Positions 37,639-49,887 of a DNA stretch of 64,000 bases are shown piece by piece. Where the stretch lies: assembly GCA_964187785.1 (NCBI GenBank), contig OZ076409.1, positions 77,438,001 through 77,502,000 on the forward strand, read 5' to 3'. Position numbers and translations under genes: made by a program. Origin of the DNA: Amphiscolops sp. MND2022 (Eukaryota). The notes beneath the pieces were generated by a model, which was not told the DNA's origin, did no database searches, and saw only the letters and a list, made by a program, of their open reading frames with translations. Numbering within the stretch: the stretch's first letter is position 1; each line of letters opens with the position of its first letter.

Positions 37639-40263
37639 TAGGAACATCATTTTTTGGCGACCACAGAGGGATCGTCTTTGGGAAGCTTTCCTTCATGGTT
37701 TTAAAATATCTGACACTCCGGTGTTCAGCACCAAGACAGTTTCGACTCTGAAGGAGAAGCCAGAGTTTTGCTCCTATTTTAAACGATTGCATGTATTCTT
37801 GGCCACTAGATCGAAGAAAACCCAGAAATCCCGAAGAAAATGCGTTTTCAGGTTCGAAACTGGCATTTTGAGGTTAGAAAAACCGTAAATGCATGTGTTT
37901 CAATGTCATGTTATGTCAGCCCATCAGCGGGTATTTGTTTTACAGGTAATGGCCTTCGTAGCACGTGGCTACGTGTGTTAACTGGTATTTGCAGCTATTT
38001 TCAGTTTTTCGAGCCATGTATGACAGGTACCGATGAGCGACAATCCATACTCCACCAGGGCGAATGGGATGCGAAATGGAGTGTCTGGGTTCGTTGATTC
38101 CCATTTCTCGTGGAGACGTCCGCGAGGGGTGAAATTTAGTGAACAGAGAGAACTAATCCTAACAAGCCTAATGGTCCAAACCGCAAGTTTCTGGCTGGTC
38201 TGGACATGGAGAAATTGCGTGGCGAAGATGCACCCCCCTGGACCAGTGAAGTCGCCTAGATGGATCATGGTTCGCGAAAATTTTGAAATTGCACCTTTCT
38301 TCATGGGGAATCGTCGTTGCAGGTCAGTGACTCTTTTTTACAATGTAACGTCACCCAGTGAAACGCTTTTGAGCGAAGAAAACAGATATTTTTGTAAAAA
38401 AAGACGAATTTTCGTGTTTTTTGTGCATTTTCTTGGTTGGAGCCTAGGCACTCCGTAAATCCAAATTAGCACTGCCAGTATGGTGGCAAAAGTAGCCTCG
38501 AACCTCGAGAGAGCTGAGAAAACTAATGCTCAATGGTTCTCGTAACCCTTTTAGGTGAAAGAGTGGAAATATGCAGTAAAAAAGCGCGCAAATTGGGAAA
38601 AAGGGTGGAAAGCACCCTAAAATCACTATGGCACCTAGGTGTAGAACCTGGGGCACTGTTGTAAAGAAGTTTCATGAATGAATCACAACCCCAGGGTACT
38701 GGAAATAGCTTTTGCTGATCGATTTACTGGTGTAGAGACCAGAAAAAAGTGAAATTCCTGTAATTTTGGCTGTTTTTGACCCGGGCGGAGAATAGTATTA
38801 AAAGCCCGATTAACCAAACCTCTAATCAACCCCAAGAGCCTAGGCGCTCTAGATTTTTGTTTTTGCAATAAAAATAACGCATTGTGGTGAAAACCGCGTG
38901 CAAAAATTCCAATTCAGTGCTGAGAAAAGTGGAAAAAACGCACTGAATTTGATCGAATTTCCACGAAACCGGACTGTCTGATTGCCAGGGTTGGGTCATA
39001 GAATCCCAAACCCTAGCTAAAGCGTGATTACATTTTCATAACCACCACTAAAATAAACCCTTGTACCGAAAATTTGGTGGGTATAGCTCTCACCAAAGTT
39101 GAGAAAAACTCTCTAACGTTTCGACCTAAAATAGTACCGAAATAACCGAAAAAAGCCGAAATTGTAGAGCCGACGGTGTCCTACACCGAACGGGTACTGC
39201 CAATCGAAAGTTGGTGATACTGCTACGACCCGTGGATCAACACGTTAACCCCATTTACCCTGCCATAACGTTTGTAGTGTCGACCTTCTTCGCCGATTTG
39301 TGGAAAAAGTGTCGAAAAAGACTTCAGTGTTTTTTCTAAAGTGATGTCCATACCTACCCGAAGTCCTCCGCAAACCCAAGCGCTGCAATTGGACTATCCT
39401 AACGGCATTGTAGGTACCAACTGGCAGCTTGTGCCAAGTTTTGTGTCGATCGATTCGATAGTCATCGAGAAATAGCCTGAGAACGTACTGTCCAAAAAAG
39501 GGTACAAAAAGGACGTTTTTTCAAAATTTTTTGGAAAGCCCCGGATACCTTAGTCGGAGAGTGAGAACAAATTGCCGCTCTCTGACATAACTGGCACAGG
39601 TTGGCACGCAGCTAGCAAAAAAACCAGACCGCTGACTGTATCCAGTGTTCAGAAATTGTGTAATTAGATCACATTTTGACCCCTATTGATACATAGGAGT
39701 ACCGCACGTCTGTGCTCAGGGAAAACTGTGTACAAGCGTCGGAGCCCAAATCGGTGCTCGATTCTGTGTACCTACGTGTGTGTAGGATCGTCTGGCCAAT
39801 TTTGAGTCAACTCCGACCACTAGGTGACGGACACGGGCCACTTGTGTTATTTTTGACACTGTTCGAGGAAAGTCAAAAATTGTCGTAAACCCTTCCTGAC
39901 CGTTTCATAGATAGTTTAACCCCGACCTGAGTTCGTTTTCCGGTCGTGTGTGTAAAAACCTACTACGTTTGCGATTTTGAGCCCGCTACGGCCCTTGGAA
40001 GCATTTTCGACCTTCGCGAGGCATTCCGTAGTTGAAAATTGCTTAAGTCAACACCGAGACGACTGGAGGCCTAACGTAGTCTGATACACTTCAGTGGCCT
40101 CTGGGAACGGATTGGGTGACCTCAGGACACCTCATAGTCAGGTTGGACGCTCGTCACACCAGCAACGCTTCGAGGGATAGGCACGGACGAACGGCAGTAC
40201 GGCCCAGTAACTCGAAACTGGGGATACTGGTGCATCATCCTGTGACGTATCTTAGATCAACAC

Positions 40264-42600
40264 GTGGATCATAATGTTTGGGCGGGTGTAGCAACCGTAG
40301 TCCGACTGTTCACGCGTAGCACGGAGGAAGGTAGCGAACCAAATTCGTCTGACGCTACCGATCCGAGCGAACTGCAAGAGATAAGCTCGACCCAACGTGA
40401 CAGCTCAGATACTATAAGTCAGGTGAGTCTGAGAGAATGGCCACCTACGAAGTCATTATCGACTGGTTCCTCCTTTTCAGAAGCAATGAGTGACTGTGTT
40501 ACTGCCGATCAGCAACGGCGAGAAGAGCAGAATGCTATGGCCTTAAACACACCCCTATCGGAAGAGCTTATCCGCACAGGACAATGGATCCAAGACAACA
40601 GAGGCGAGTTGACATCGCCTCAAACGGCTGGATTGTGGCCCAACTCCAACCAAACAGCAGTGGAGGTGACCCCTGTGCGCGCTGGGTGCTCAGGACACCC
40701 AAGAACAACGACAGCCCAGCTAGTAAAGATACCGATGCAATCTTGGAAGGCATGACTTATGTCGGTGGGATGAACTATGCAAAGTATCGTCTGGAGGCTT
40801 GTCGAGCGAAAGCCTCCGGCAGGCAAAATACGCGTCCCCCAACATTGTATGTACAAGATGAACTAACTCATGACGGTACCGCGTCCACTACTTCATCACG
40901 AAGGTCCTATCGGGCTGTCGAGGAAGCCGCTGCCGCACGGAGTGCAATGTTGCAAGCGGAAGCTGAAGCCCAACGAGCCCTAGCACGTCTGGCCGACACT
41001 CGTGCCGAATGCAATGAACAGCACAAGGTCATGACTGCAGAATTGGAAGCCCTGCAGGACTCCGTAAAAGGTAGCCTGAGGAGCGCAACCCAGCAGACCA
41101 CAGTGCAAGCTGCGAAAGTGGACGCCTGGGCTATCGTCTGGAGGAGATGAAGGACTTATTTCTCCAGCGCGAACTCCGCGTGGAAGCACGACTGGCGGAA
41201 CTCAGTGACCAGATACGTACTCAAAGTGGAGCTGTATCTCACACAAGAACTCCTGAGGTAGAGCAAACCGAATTTGCCGAACCTATTGAGTCCACGAGTA
41301 AGATGGTGCCTATGCGCAATCCCAACCCGTCAACAACACTAAAAACAGGCCCAAAACGCAGCCCAAAGCAGTCATACCGCCACCGATAAACATGAGAGCT
41401 ACAAAAGTGCGCGTGTGCACGCCCAACCCACTCAGTGATGTACCAATGCCACCGATGACGTCGCTGACCCGAACCCGGGATCAGGGAGTAGACCCAATGC
41501 CAATCACATCGTCGACCTTTGACCTGACCGACACCAGAGCAACTGCTGGCTCACGCGCTAGCAGCACAGAGGATGAAGCCTACGCTAACGCCAGGATGAG
41601 AACTGTTGGGACTATTTCAATGTTCTTGACCGCGAGCGAAGGAATGCTCAAAGGCAAGCCTTGCGCCAGCAGTACTCGCAAGAAAGATAACGCGAATGGT
41701 GAACTATCCGTGCAAGCCACTAGAGGCAGTCAAGACAATTCGCCAGCCCCTAGTGAGGGAGCGGAAGTGATATCCCCAGAGCAGCTGCGATTCACAGCCG
41801 CCATTTCAAAGGGAATGTCCAAGGAACTGGCCCCTCTGCTGGCTGGACGTGACCAAACGCAAGCTAAGCCTAGCGTCTATAAAGGATCCAAGGAAGGTTC
41901 CATTGATGGTTGGATCATTGTGATGCGACGTTATATACAGCGTACGCAAGCCAAGGCAACTCCTGATGATAAAGCCTGGAGCATTATCGGACACCTGGAA
42001 GGTGATGCTCGCAATTACATCATCAATAAAGCCGAGTCTGAAAGGGATACCCCCGATAAAGTATTCGAATTGCTAGCTAGTCGATTTGGGACTGGAGGCA
42101 ACCGCATGCAAGTGCGCCAGGCCTTCACCACCCGGCAGCAATCCGATAGAGAAGATTGGATGCAGTATTTGGACGCACTGGAGGGGCTTCGAAGCCAAGG
42201 CTTTCCCGAAGAGCCCGTTACAACCAAACGTTACGAGATCCTCCAACGCTTCATTGAGGGCATTCGTGATCCCGTCTTACAATCTATGCATCCGAGACGA
42301 CTGTCAGCGAACCTCCCACAGTAGAATCTTGCGATTTACGACCCGACAATTGCAGCGTACTAGACCCAAGTCTGTACCGTATGACCCCAGGTATGCCATG
42401 AGATCAAGGCCTCATCCCTTTGCACCATTACCACCCAACAAGATGGTGTTTCCTCAAAGGGTTCTACCACCCCTCCCGCTAATAACGCCCCAACAAATCC
42501 GGCGGCAGCACCACCTGTCGCACGCCCTCCACTAGGCGCTTGTTTCAACTGTGGTCAGACTGGCTACTTCGCTCGAGATTGCCCCAATCGCGACCAGGCT
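40264..42600 (+). pseudogene. Giant Gypsy gag (long N-terminal extension with an Ala/Glu coiled coil, capsid-like core, zinc knuckle)
   Basis: KPSVYKGSKEGSIDGWIIVMRRY...GHLEGDARNY...LASRFG...RQQSDRED; CFNCGQTGYFARDCP at 42541-42585. Frameshifted across ORFs 40264, 40584, 41147, 41392 and 42086. Confidence 0.88.
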
Positions 42601-42654
42601 CGCAAACCTGCAGCTGCGCCAGAACCAGAAGGAGTAAAAATAATTGCTGAAGAC

Positions 42655-44085
42655 GTGACCGATGGAATTGTGGATAACTATCCTGGAATTCGCCATGGCG
42701 CTCACTGTCGCAAATTCAACCATGTTGACTCACCGTGCACTGGAAATCTTGTGATTCCAAACGAAAAAGCCAATCGCTGGGCAGAGGTAGAGTCGGCAGG
42801 GGTCGCTGCCCAACCAGTGCCACTAGAGGATGACCGTGTGCTAATGCTACACCCAGAAGAAACACCCGCGTTCTACACCCCACTGACTATCACCTGCGGT
42901 ACAAAGCAAGTCCAAACCTGCCTAGAACCAACCACGTTCGACCCTCAGGGACGAACGTTGATCTCTATTCACCTGATGTTGACTGCAGAACAATTGCGTC
43001 GACCAACATTAACGTTAGCCAAACTTTGGGTTGAACTACAAGCCCTGTACAAACGCGTGGAGATACCCCGCCCCAAAGAGTGGTATACCCCAGGGGATTC
43101 CGACACTCTCACAACCTATTCTCCCGTGCCTATCTGCGCCACTATGGCGAGAGTAGATGTGATGTTTGAAGCCTGCGTAGTGGTGGACGACTTTCCTCCT
43201 GGAATCTGCTTGGGCGCGCAGGAACTCAAGTGTTACAATATAGATCATCAAGAACCTACTGGTGAGGCACGGATAGACGAGCTCGCCTCACTCGTAGTCT
43301 CCTTTGTTGTGCCCCAGGCGGCACCAATCCCTCTGCGAGGACCCGTTGACACAGGCTCTGGCGTATCTATCCTAACCTTTTGAGCTTTCAACCGTATAGC
43401 CGCTCAAACAGGCACTGTACTGAAACCGTACCAAATTGACTTGTATGCCGCCAACGGCTGGACACTCAAAACCTTTGGGTTGGCAGAACAAATCCGCTTC
43501 CAGTTAGGAGGCTACGAACTTGAAACCAACTTCGCCGTGGAGGGTGATGCCATGGGCGTGGAGGATTTTCTGCTAGGACGTAACTTCCTCCGAACCTACC
43601 AGGTGCTCGTGGATCTAACCTCCATGAAGATTGTGGTCCGCGCGCCAGTGAAACCTGTTTGGCATCATGCACATACACAGGTAGGTGTTGCTTCCGTAGC
43701 CACTCCCGTCGCTTTAGACAGCGATTTGGTTCTACAGCCATTCGAACGAACGGTGGTCAAAGCCAAATTGGTCACCAATGATCTTGAACCGTTGATATTC
43801 CAAAATGTGATAATAAATGCGGCAATAGCTGACATATCGCTGCAAAACATTGTGTTTTCAGAGGACAGCGTTGCCACTGTCAGTGAAGCAGACCATGTTT
43901 TTGTCAGCATGCTAAACTTGACCAGTAACCCACAACGGATACCAAGGGGAACCCAACTGGCAACGTGGTTCCCGTGTCATTGGTATATCGGGCCATCCCA
44001 CAACAGTCTACACCTAAACCCACCCAACGAACTCAGGTCGATAATGACCAATTTGCGTTTGTTAACAAAATTTATGAAGAGATGA
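42655..44085 (+). pseudogene. Degenerate protease-like repeat, intact-motif aspartic protease, and dUTPase-like beta segment
   Basis: First unit ITCGTKQVQTCLE...FEACVVVDD.PPGICLGAQEL; second unit VDTGSGVSIL...F.V......DFLLGRNFL; then LVLQPFERTVVKAKL...VSMLNLTSNPQRIPRGTQLA. Stop at 43381. Confidence 0.75.
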
Positions 44086-44204
44086 ATTACGATACTAATT
44101 CACAATAAACTTCTTCTTTTGAATTCGAGTTTTTGTCCTCAACAGACCCCACCGAGGAAGGTCTTTCAGAATGCGAGGTACGTGAGCGTACGGATCCCTA
44201 ACTC

Positions 44205-45660
44205 ATGGCTCCAGTAAAGGGACCTGAGACACAGCTTAAAGAGGAGGTTCAGAACCTATGGGGTCCCAAAGCCAGCGCCTCACTAGAAAACATTTTGACC
44301 GAATTTGACGACTTGTTCATGAAATACGAGGCTGATATTGGTCGATGCACGATAGCCAAACACCCCGTTGAACTAGAACCAAGTGCAGTACCTCACCGTG
44401 AGGGTGCAAGACGCATGTCCCCCGAAAAGGCAGAACGTGACAATCAGGAGGTACGTAATTTGCTCGCATTGGGCATGATTCAGCCCTCCCTATCACCTTG
44501 GGCGAGCGGGATAGTCATGGTCAAGAAAAAGAATGGCGAGTTACGCTTTTGTTGTGACTTCCGCCCTTTGATTGAAGTTACCGTCAAAGATGCGTATCCA
44601 TTTCCTCGGATAGATGAAAACCTCGCCAGGCTGGGCAAAGCTAAAATCTACACCAGTATAGATCTAGCTTGGGCTTTCTGGCAAATCCCTGTCCGAAAAA
44701 CCGACCGTCAAAAAACTGCCTTCGCCTGCGAGCTAGGATTTTTTGAATGGCGACGCATGCCCTTTGGGATGTGCAATGCTTCTGCCACCTTCCAAAGAGC
44801 GATAGCCCGGGCGCTACGCAAGATCGTGAATCGTGAAGGTAGCATGGTAATGGCCTAAATCGATGACATCGTTATCGCCACAGAAACAGTGGAGGATCAC
44901 ATGGTACGTCTTCGTGAAGTTTTTGAATGCTTGCGTGAAGCTGGCTTCAAAACGAGAGTCGCTAAATGCGACTTCATGAAGTCCGAGATCAAGTACCTTG
45001 GTCTCGTAGTGTCAGCAGAAGGAATAAAATCCGATCTCAAGGCTATCTCAAAGCTACGTGACTGGGAAATTCTGCGTAACAAAACGGAGATGCAAAGCTT
45101 CCTAGTCTTTGCCAACTATTACCGCGAGTTTATTCCTTGGCACGCCAAATTGGTGGCTCCCTTTCATGCGATCACCGGCATCAAAGCCACTTTTGCCTGG
45201 GGATCTGAACAGCAATTGGCTTTTAACGAAATAAAAAAAGCACTCATCGATGCCACCGCTCTTGAGCAACCGGATTCCGAAGGAGAATTTGTGCTGGATA
45301 CTGATGCCAGTGCTGTCGCAATTTCAGGCATTCTTCATCAGTGGCAAGGCCCCTCGGGAGAAAGGCGCCTACGCTCCATTGTGTATGGCAGCAAAAAGTT
45401 TACTGCCACCCAAGCCAAATACGGAGCACCGAAGCTAGAAATGTACGCGGCATATCTCTTCCTTGTCAAAAACCACAGCTACTTGTGTCCACGAAAGTTC
45501 ACGTTGAGAGTGGATAATCAAGCACTTTCATGGCTAAAAACGTATTCCACGGATCAAACTCTCATTGGTAGATGGATCATGGCATTGGAAAAATACCATT
45601 TCCGTGTCGAACATAGACCACGAACACAACATCGCAATGCCAATGGTTTGTCCATACGCA
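44205..45660 (+). pseudogene. Giant Gypsy reverse transcriptase and RNase H
   Basis: SPWASGIVMVKKK, RFCCDFRPL, IDLAWAFWQI, MPFGMCNASATFQR, A*IDDI (YIDD with TAA at 44856), KYLG, LDTDAS, KLEMYA, LRVDNQAL, HRNANGLS. Confidence 0.95.
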
Positions 45661-46399
45661 CCAATGATTGCCGATTGAGAGAACGACAGCTTGAAAAACT
45701 ACCACCAGTTGCAGAACGTTGGAATATCCTATCCCAAGACGAATACGAACGGCTCCCCACCGTACCTTGGTTTGATCAGCAAGTACGGGTGATTCCTAAT
45801 CATCCCGAGTTACCGATACACTTGAAAAATCTACAACCAAACCCCCTGATCTGGTTCAACGCGTGATTCGTCGCTCAAAACGAGCAAAGAAGCGAGCTAA
45901 ACAGAACGAAGCCTTACACAGTCCACTACCCTCACCGCCACCTCCCATCCTACACGCCCTCGAAGACTTCTATCCCGATTACCCAGAGGATTGTATAGAT
46001 GTCACTGAAGAAGCACGACATGATTACTTACTACCCACGCACGCAACCAACATTGCCTCACGTACCACCTATGACGTGGCCAACACCAAAGGCGCAGCAC
46101 TACAAAATGCGCCTACCCACATCAAGCAGGCAGTAATGGCTATTCGCAGTGTGAATACTGAGCTCCACGAACATACCCACACTGTCCATGGCATCAAGGA
46201 CCTGGTGCTAGCCCAAAACCGAGACGTTCATGTCCTAGCGCTCAAAAGGTTGGTCCATGGGGAAGGCATAAGTCAAGACATCTTTCCTGAAGATGTATGT
46301 ACATTTGCCCGCAACTACTTCAAACAAAAGAAGGAGTTACTGTTCTTGAACTCAAATGGTGTTCTCTGTGTAAAATACCCGCTTTCACAGCGTCCGCTG

Positions 46400-47480
46400 C
46401 ACGAGCCATCCTGTAAGGTTTTAATGCCTCAGTTGTACCAACACGAGATCCTTTTTCGTGCGCATGATGCCATGGGACACCAAGGCATTAGTAAGGTTGT
46501 GACGCGAATACAAAGACGCCATACCTGGCCTGGGATACGCCGCACAGTTGGCGAAGACGTCAGCCAGTGTCTCACTTGCCAACAGGTTAGAGACAAGCCT
46601 GGGGATGTACGCTTCCACCTCTAAAGCATTCAAAGTGGATATTTCAATGAGTTAGTGCAATACGATCATTTGAAACTCTGTCCCACTGATGACGGTAAAA
46701 CCGGGATCCTAGTCATAATTGATCACTTTTCAAAATTCGCCAAAGCCATCCCATGCAGTCATAACGAATATGACGCCATCAACACTTCCCGACTATTGCT
46801 TCACAAGTGGTTCGCTCGTCATGGTACACCCACCCGGATGCGATCGGACAATGCTCCGAATCTAACGGCGGAAGTCTCCAATGAGTTTATGAAGGCCTCT
46901 CAGGTCACCAAGGTAACCTCCACAGCTGGCCATCCACGTACGCAAGGTTTAGTGGAACACCAAAACCGTTCTTTGCTCACATTGTTACGTGTTTTCTGTT
47001 CGCGTCGAATGCGCGACTGGGACCAGCATCTGGATGAGGTCCTTGGTGCTTAAAACTCTACACCCCATGCAACAACAGGGCTCTCACCCTACACGTTAAC
47101 CAGAGGTACAGAAAAGGCAATACCTCTCACATATTTATACCCTGAGTTTGCCACTCAGTCTTTTCCTACACACGGCGCGTATGTAGATCATGTGTTGGCG
47201 CGCCAACAAGAAATTCATGATCTGGTGCGTAGAAACACACACCAAGCTCAGCAGCGGCAGAAGCTCAAATACGACCGCGCAATAAGTGCCAAAGTCTACG
47301 CGAAAGGCGATTTGGTTTGGGTTTTATGTCGGTATGTTCCCCAGAAGGGTTCTCCCAAACTAATGCGCGCTTGGCGTGGCCCACACAGAGTGGTGCACAC
47401 CCTGCAAGCTGGACGCGTTTACATCCTTGACACAGGGCAAAAGGTCCACTTTGAGCGTCTCAAACCGCATAATAGTGGCC
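46400..47480 (+). pseudogene. Giant Gypsy integrase with GPY/F-type C-terminal motif
   Basis: AHDAMGHQG...WPGI...CLTCQQ (HHCC); QYDH; IIDHFSKF; RSDNAPN; GLVEHQNRSL; KLMRAWRGPHRV...VHFERLKP. Confidence 0.92.
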
Positions 47481-47856
47481 CCCTTGAACTTGTCGCCACT
47501 CCTCTTGACACCGGCGACGTAGCTGTAGTCATGGACCCGGAGCCCCAACACTCTATAGAACCCATTAATGATGACTGTTATAAACTTTCCTATAAAGCTG
47601 AGCAAATACTTTCAGGGCTTCGAATGCTTCGTTACCTTCTCGTCAGCGTCACTGGATGGATACGCGACTGCGCACAAAGCTGCGCGCGGGAGGAACCCGC
47701 CAGCATTACCAGCAATTCGACTACTCCCCACACAGATGAAGAGACGCATGACGAGATGCTTCCCATTCCCACCTACTCACCACAACAATTCACACCCAAC
47801 CCCAACCCGAAGCAATCACCGACCCATCGGCACCTGACTTATTATCAGATGTATCA

Positions 47857-49608
47857 ATGTTCACCGGCCTCCCGCAACTTTTTTCCGATCATGAGCCAAT
47901 GCGCTCACCTTCACCACACATTTCACAGTCAAGTAAAACTCCGGAGCTATCCCCAATGGGTACATCTGCTCCGCTGCTGACTCAACCCTCCTTGACCGAC
48001 TACCTCGGCAACTATCTTCTTTGGCCAGATCTTGCCAAAGATTTTACTGCGCCTTCTTCCCGTCCATCTACACCTTCAGAATCTATACCCTCGGCCAAGT
48101 CACCACAACCCCCACCCACCGCTCCTTCTATCAGAAGGGGGAGGGGGAGACCTCGAGAAAAAACCCATCAGCAAAAAACCAAGGGCAAAACTGTGCCCAA
48201 AGCACGAAAACTAAAACCGGACACCCAAACGGAGTCTCAGAACCGATACCAACTGAGACACAGACGACAGCCCAGATACAAATGTGGCACATGTGGCGTA
48301 CGCGGTTGCGTATGCGTGCCGGTAATGAATGAAAAGCGGGATGTTCCCACTGGAGCCCGATGTGCCCTTCAGGAGGGACGGCAACATACCGAACAAGTTC
48401 ATCGCATCATCGTACGAGCAGAAAAAACCATCTCTGGGGTGGAACGGACTGAAAAATACCCAGTCGAGACAATTTTGCAACGGATCGCTGTACCGGGCGT
48501 TGCAAAAGCACCATGTCCCCGGTTCAAAGAATGGACCAGTGATGGCAAGGGCTTAGAGTTTACGTTGCCCACTGTGGTACCTCCGGTACCTCCCTGCATT
48601 GTGTTCGGACCATTTAATTTTGAAAGAGGACCGGTGCAAATGGCCAGGTGCATCACTGCTGACCTATTACTTGATCGGTATGGAGTGGAAGTGGAACCAG
48701 GCGGTGTCTACAGCCCAGCCCCATACTGGTGGCTCATGGTAACCGCCTCCCGCGTCGACGCGTTAGTGGATCCGCAATATTTGCTACAATGCTTAGAAAG
48801 ACTCAGCACCTCCACGACAGAAAACCTGATTCTTTGTTTCCACTTGGTAGATTGGTATCGAGGCAAGGTGAAGTTCCGTTGGTGGTTAGAGCTGATCATC
48901 ACGTGTTTCACTGACTATCCGCGAATCCGTTTGCTGAACGAACGGATCCATACTTTTGAGGAACCCCTACAAGTCAAAGCAGCGATAAGCACGCTGGACA
49001 TCTGGGTTCGAGCGAACGTAGACAACCAAGCACTACCACGCTCTGTATGGCAGGATCTAGCTGGCATACAAGGTCGTTTACCACGTGTGTGTATACCTGA
49101 GGACAATGGACCTGGTCGAAAAATAGTGTATCCGGGTAATCTGCGTCCCGACACAGTAGAATACATCCCATACGATACCACTGATTTTCTACAAGCTGAA
49201 GGACATATTGCCCTGACGTGTCCAGCGGACTTGGAAACGAGTTCGGCAGCGCTACGCTACATCTTGCGGGATTGCGGACAAGAACAAGTGTTCTCATTAC
49301 GCCCGCAATTCGGAGAAATACTTACTCTGACCCCCACGATTACCAATTAACCCACCCAAACAATACACCTACTGATCACACACGCAAATCAGCGTGCGCC
49401 GTTAATAGCTGATGACTTCCCACTTTGCTTGAGGAAGTTGGTGGCATGGCTAGAGGATAGGGGATTTTCTCAGATCAATTTTCCCATACTGGACCCTGAA
49501 AGACCAGTAGACTCACTAACAAACCTGTATCGGGTGATAATGGACTTGTTCGTAGACACGAACATACACGTAGTACTGCACAACCGCGTGTACGTGTCTA
49601 GGCCTTGA
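47857..49608 (+). pseudogene. Post-integrase extension: Pro/Ser linker, AT-hook, CxxC-x3-CxC cluster, two tandem TARG1/Poa1p-like macrodomains (one premature stop at 49348)
   Basis: RRGRGRPR (48133-48156); KCGTCGVRGCVC (48280-48315); macro-like 1 at ~48598-48939; macro-like 2 at ~49156-49590. The frame reads through TAA to ...IMDLFVDTNIHVVLHNRVYVSRP* at 49608. Confidence 0.75.
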
Positions 49609-49887
49609 AGTGGGTGTTAGACCACCTTGTTGCCATCTCCCAAACTAAAGGTAGCCGTGAACCACGGTTATTCCAGATAATTTTACTGTGCTCTACACTC
49701 TACTTAAACATTAGTTACTTACTTAAACCCTATAAAGGATGCCTTCAGCATTCCTGTAATTAGTTTATCGTTGACTTTGATGATGTTTTTCGCTGACGAG
49801 TTCCCCTAGGGAACCGGTTTTAACAAGGCACAAATCAGCATCCACATAATGGCTTTAACGAGTACCTCTTTTTAGACCCATGATAAG

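Noticed and set aside
38033-38458. 141-aa ORF in the Gypsy leader as an additional gene
   Set aside because: No recognisable motif, overlapping antisense ORFs of similar size, and a length expected by chance at this GC content.
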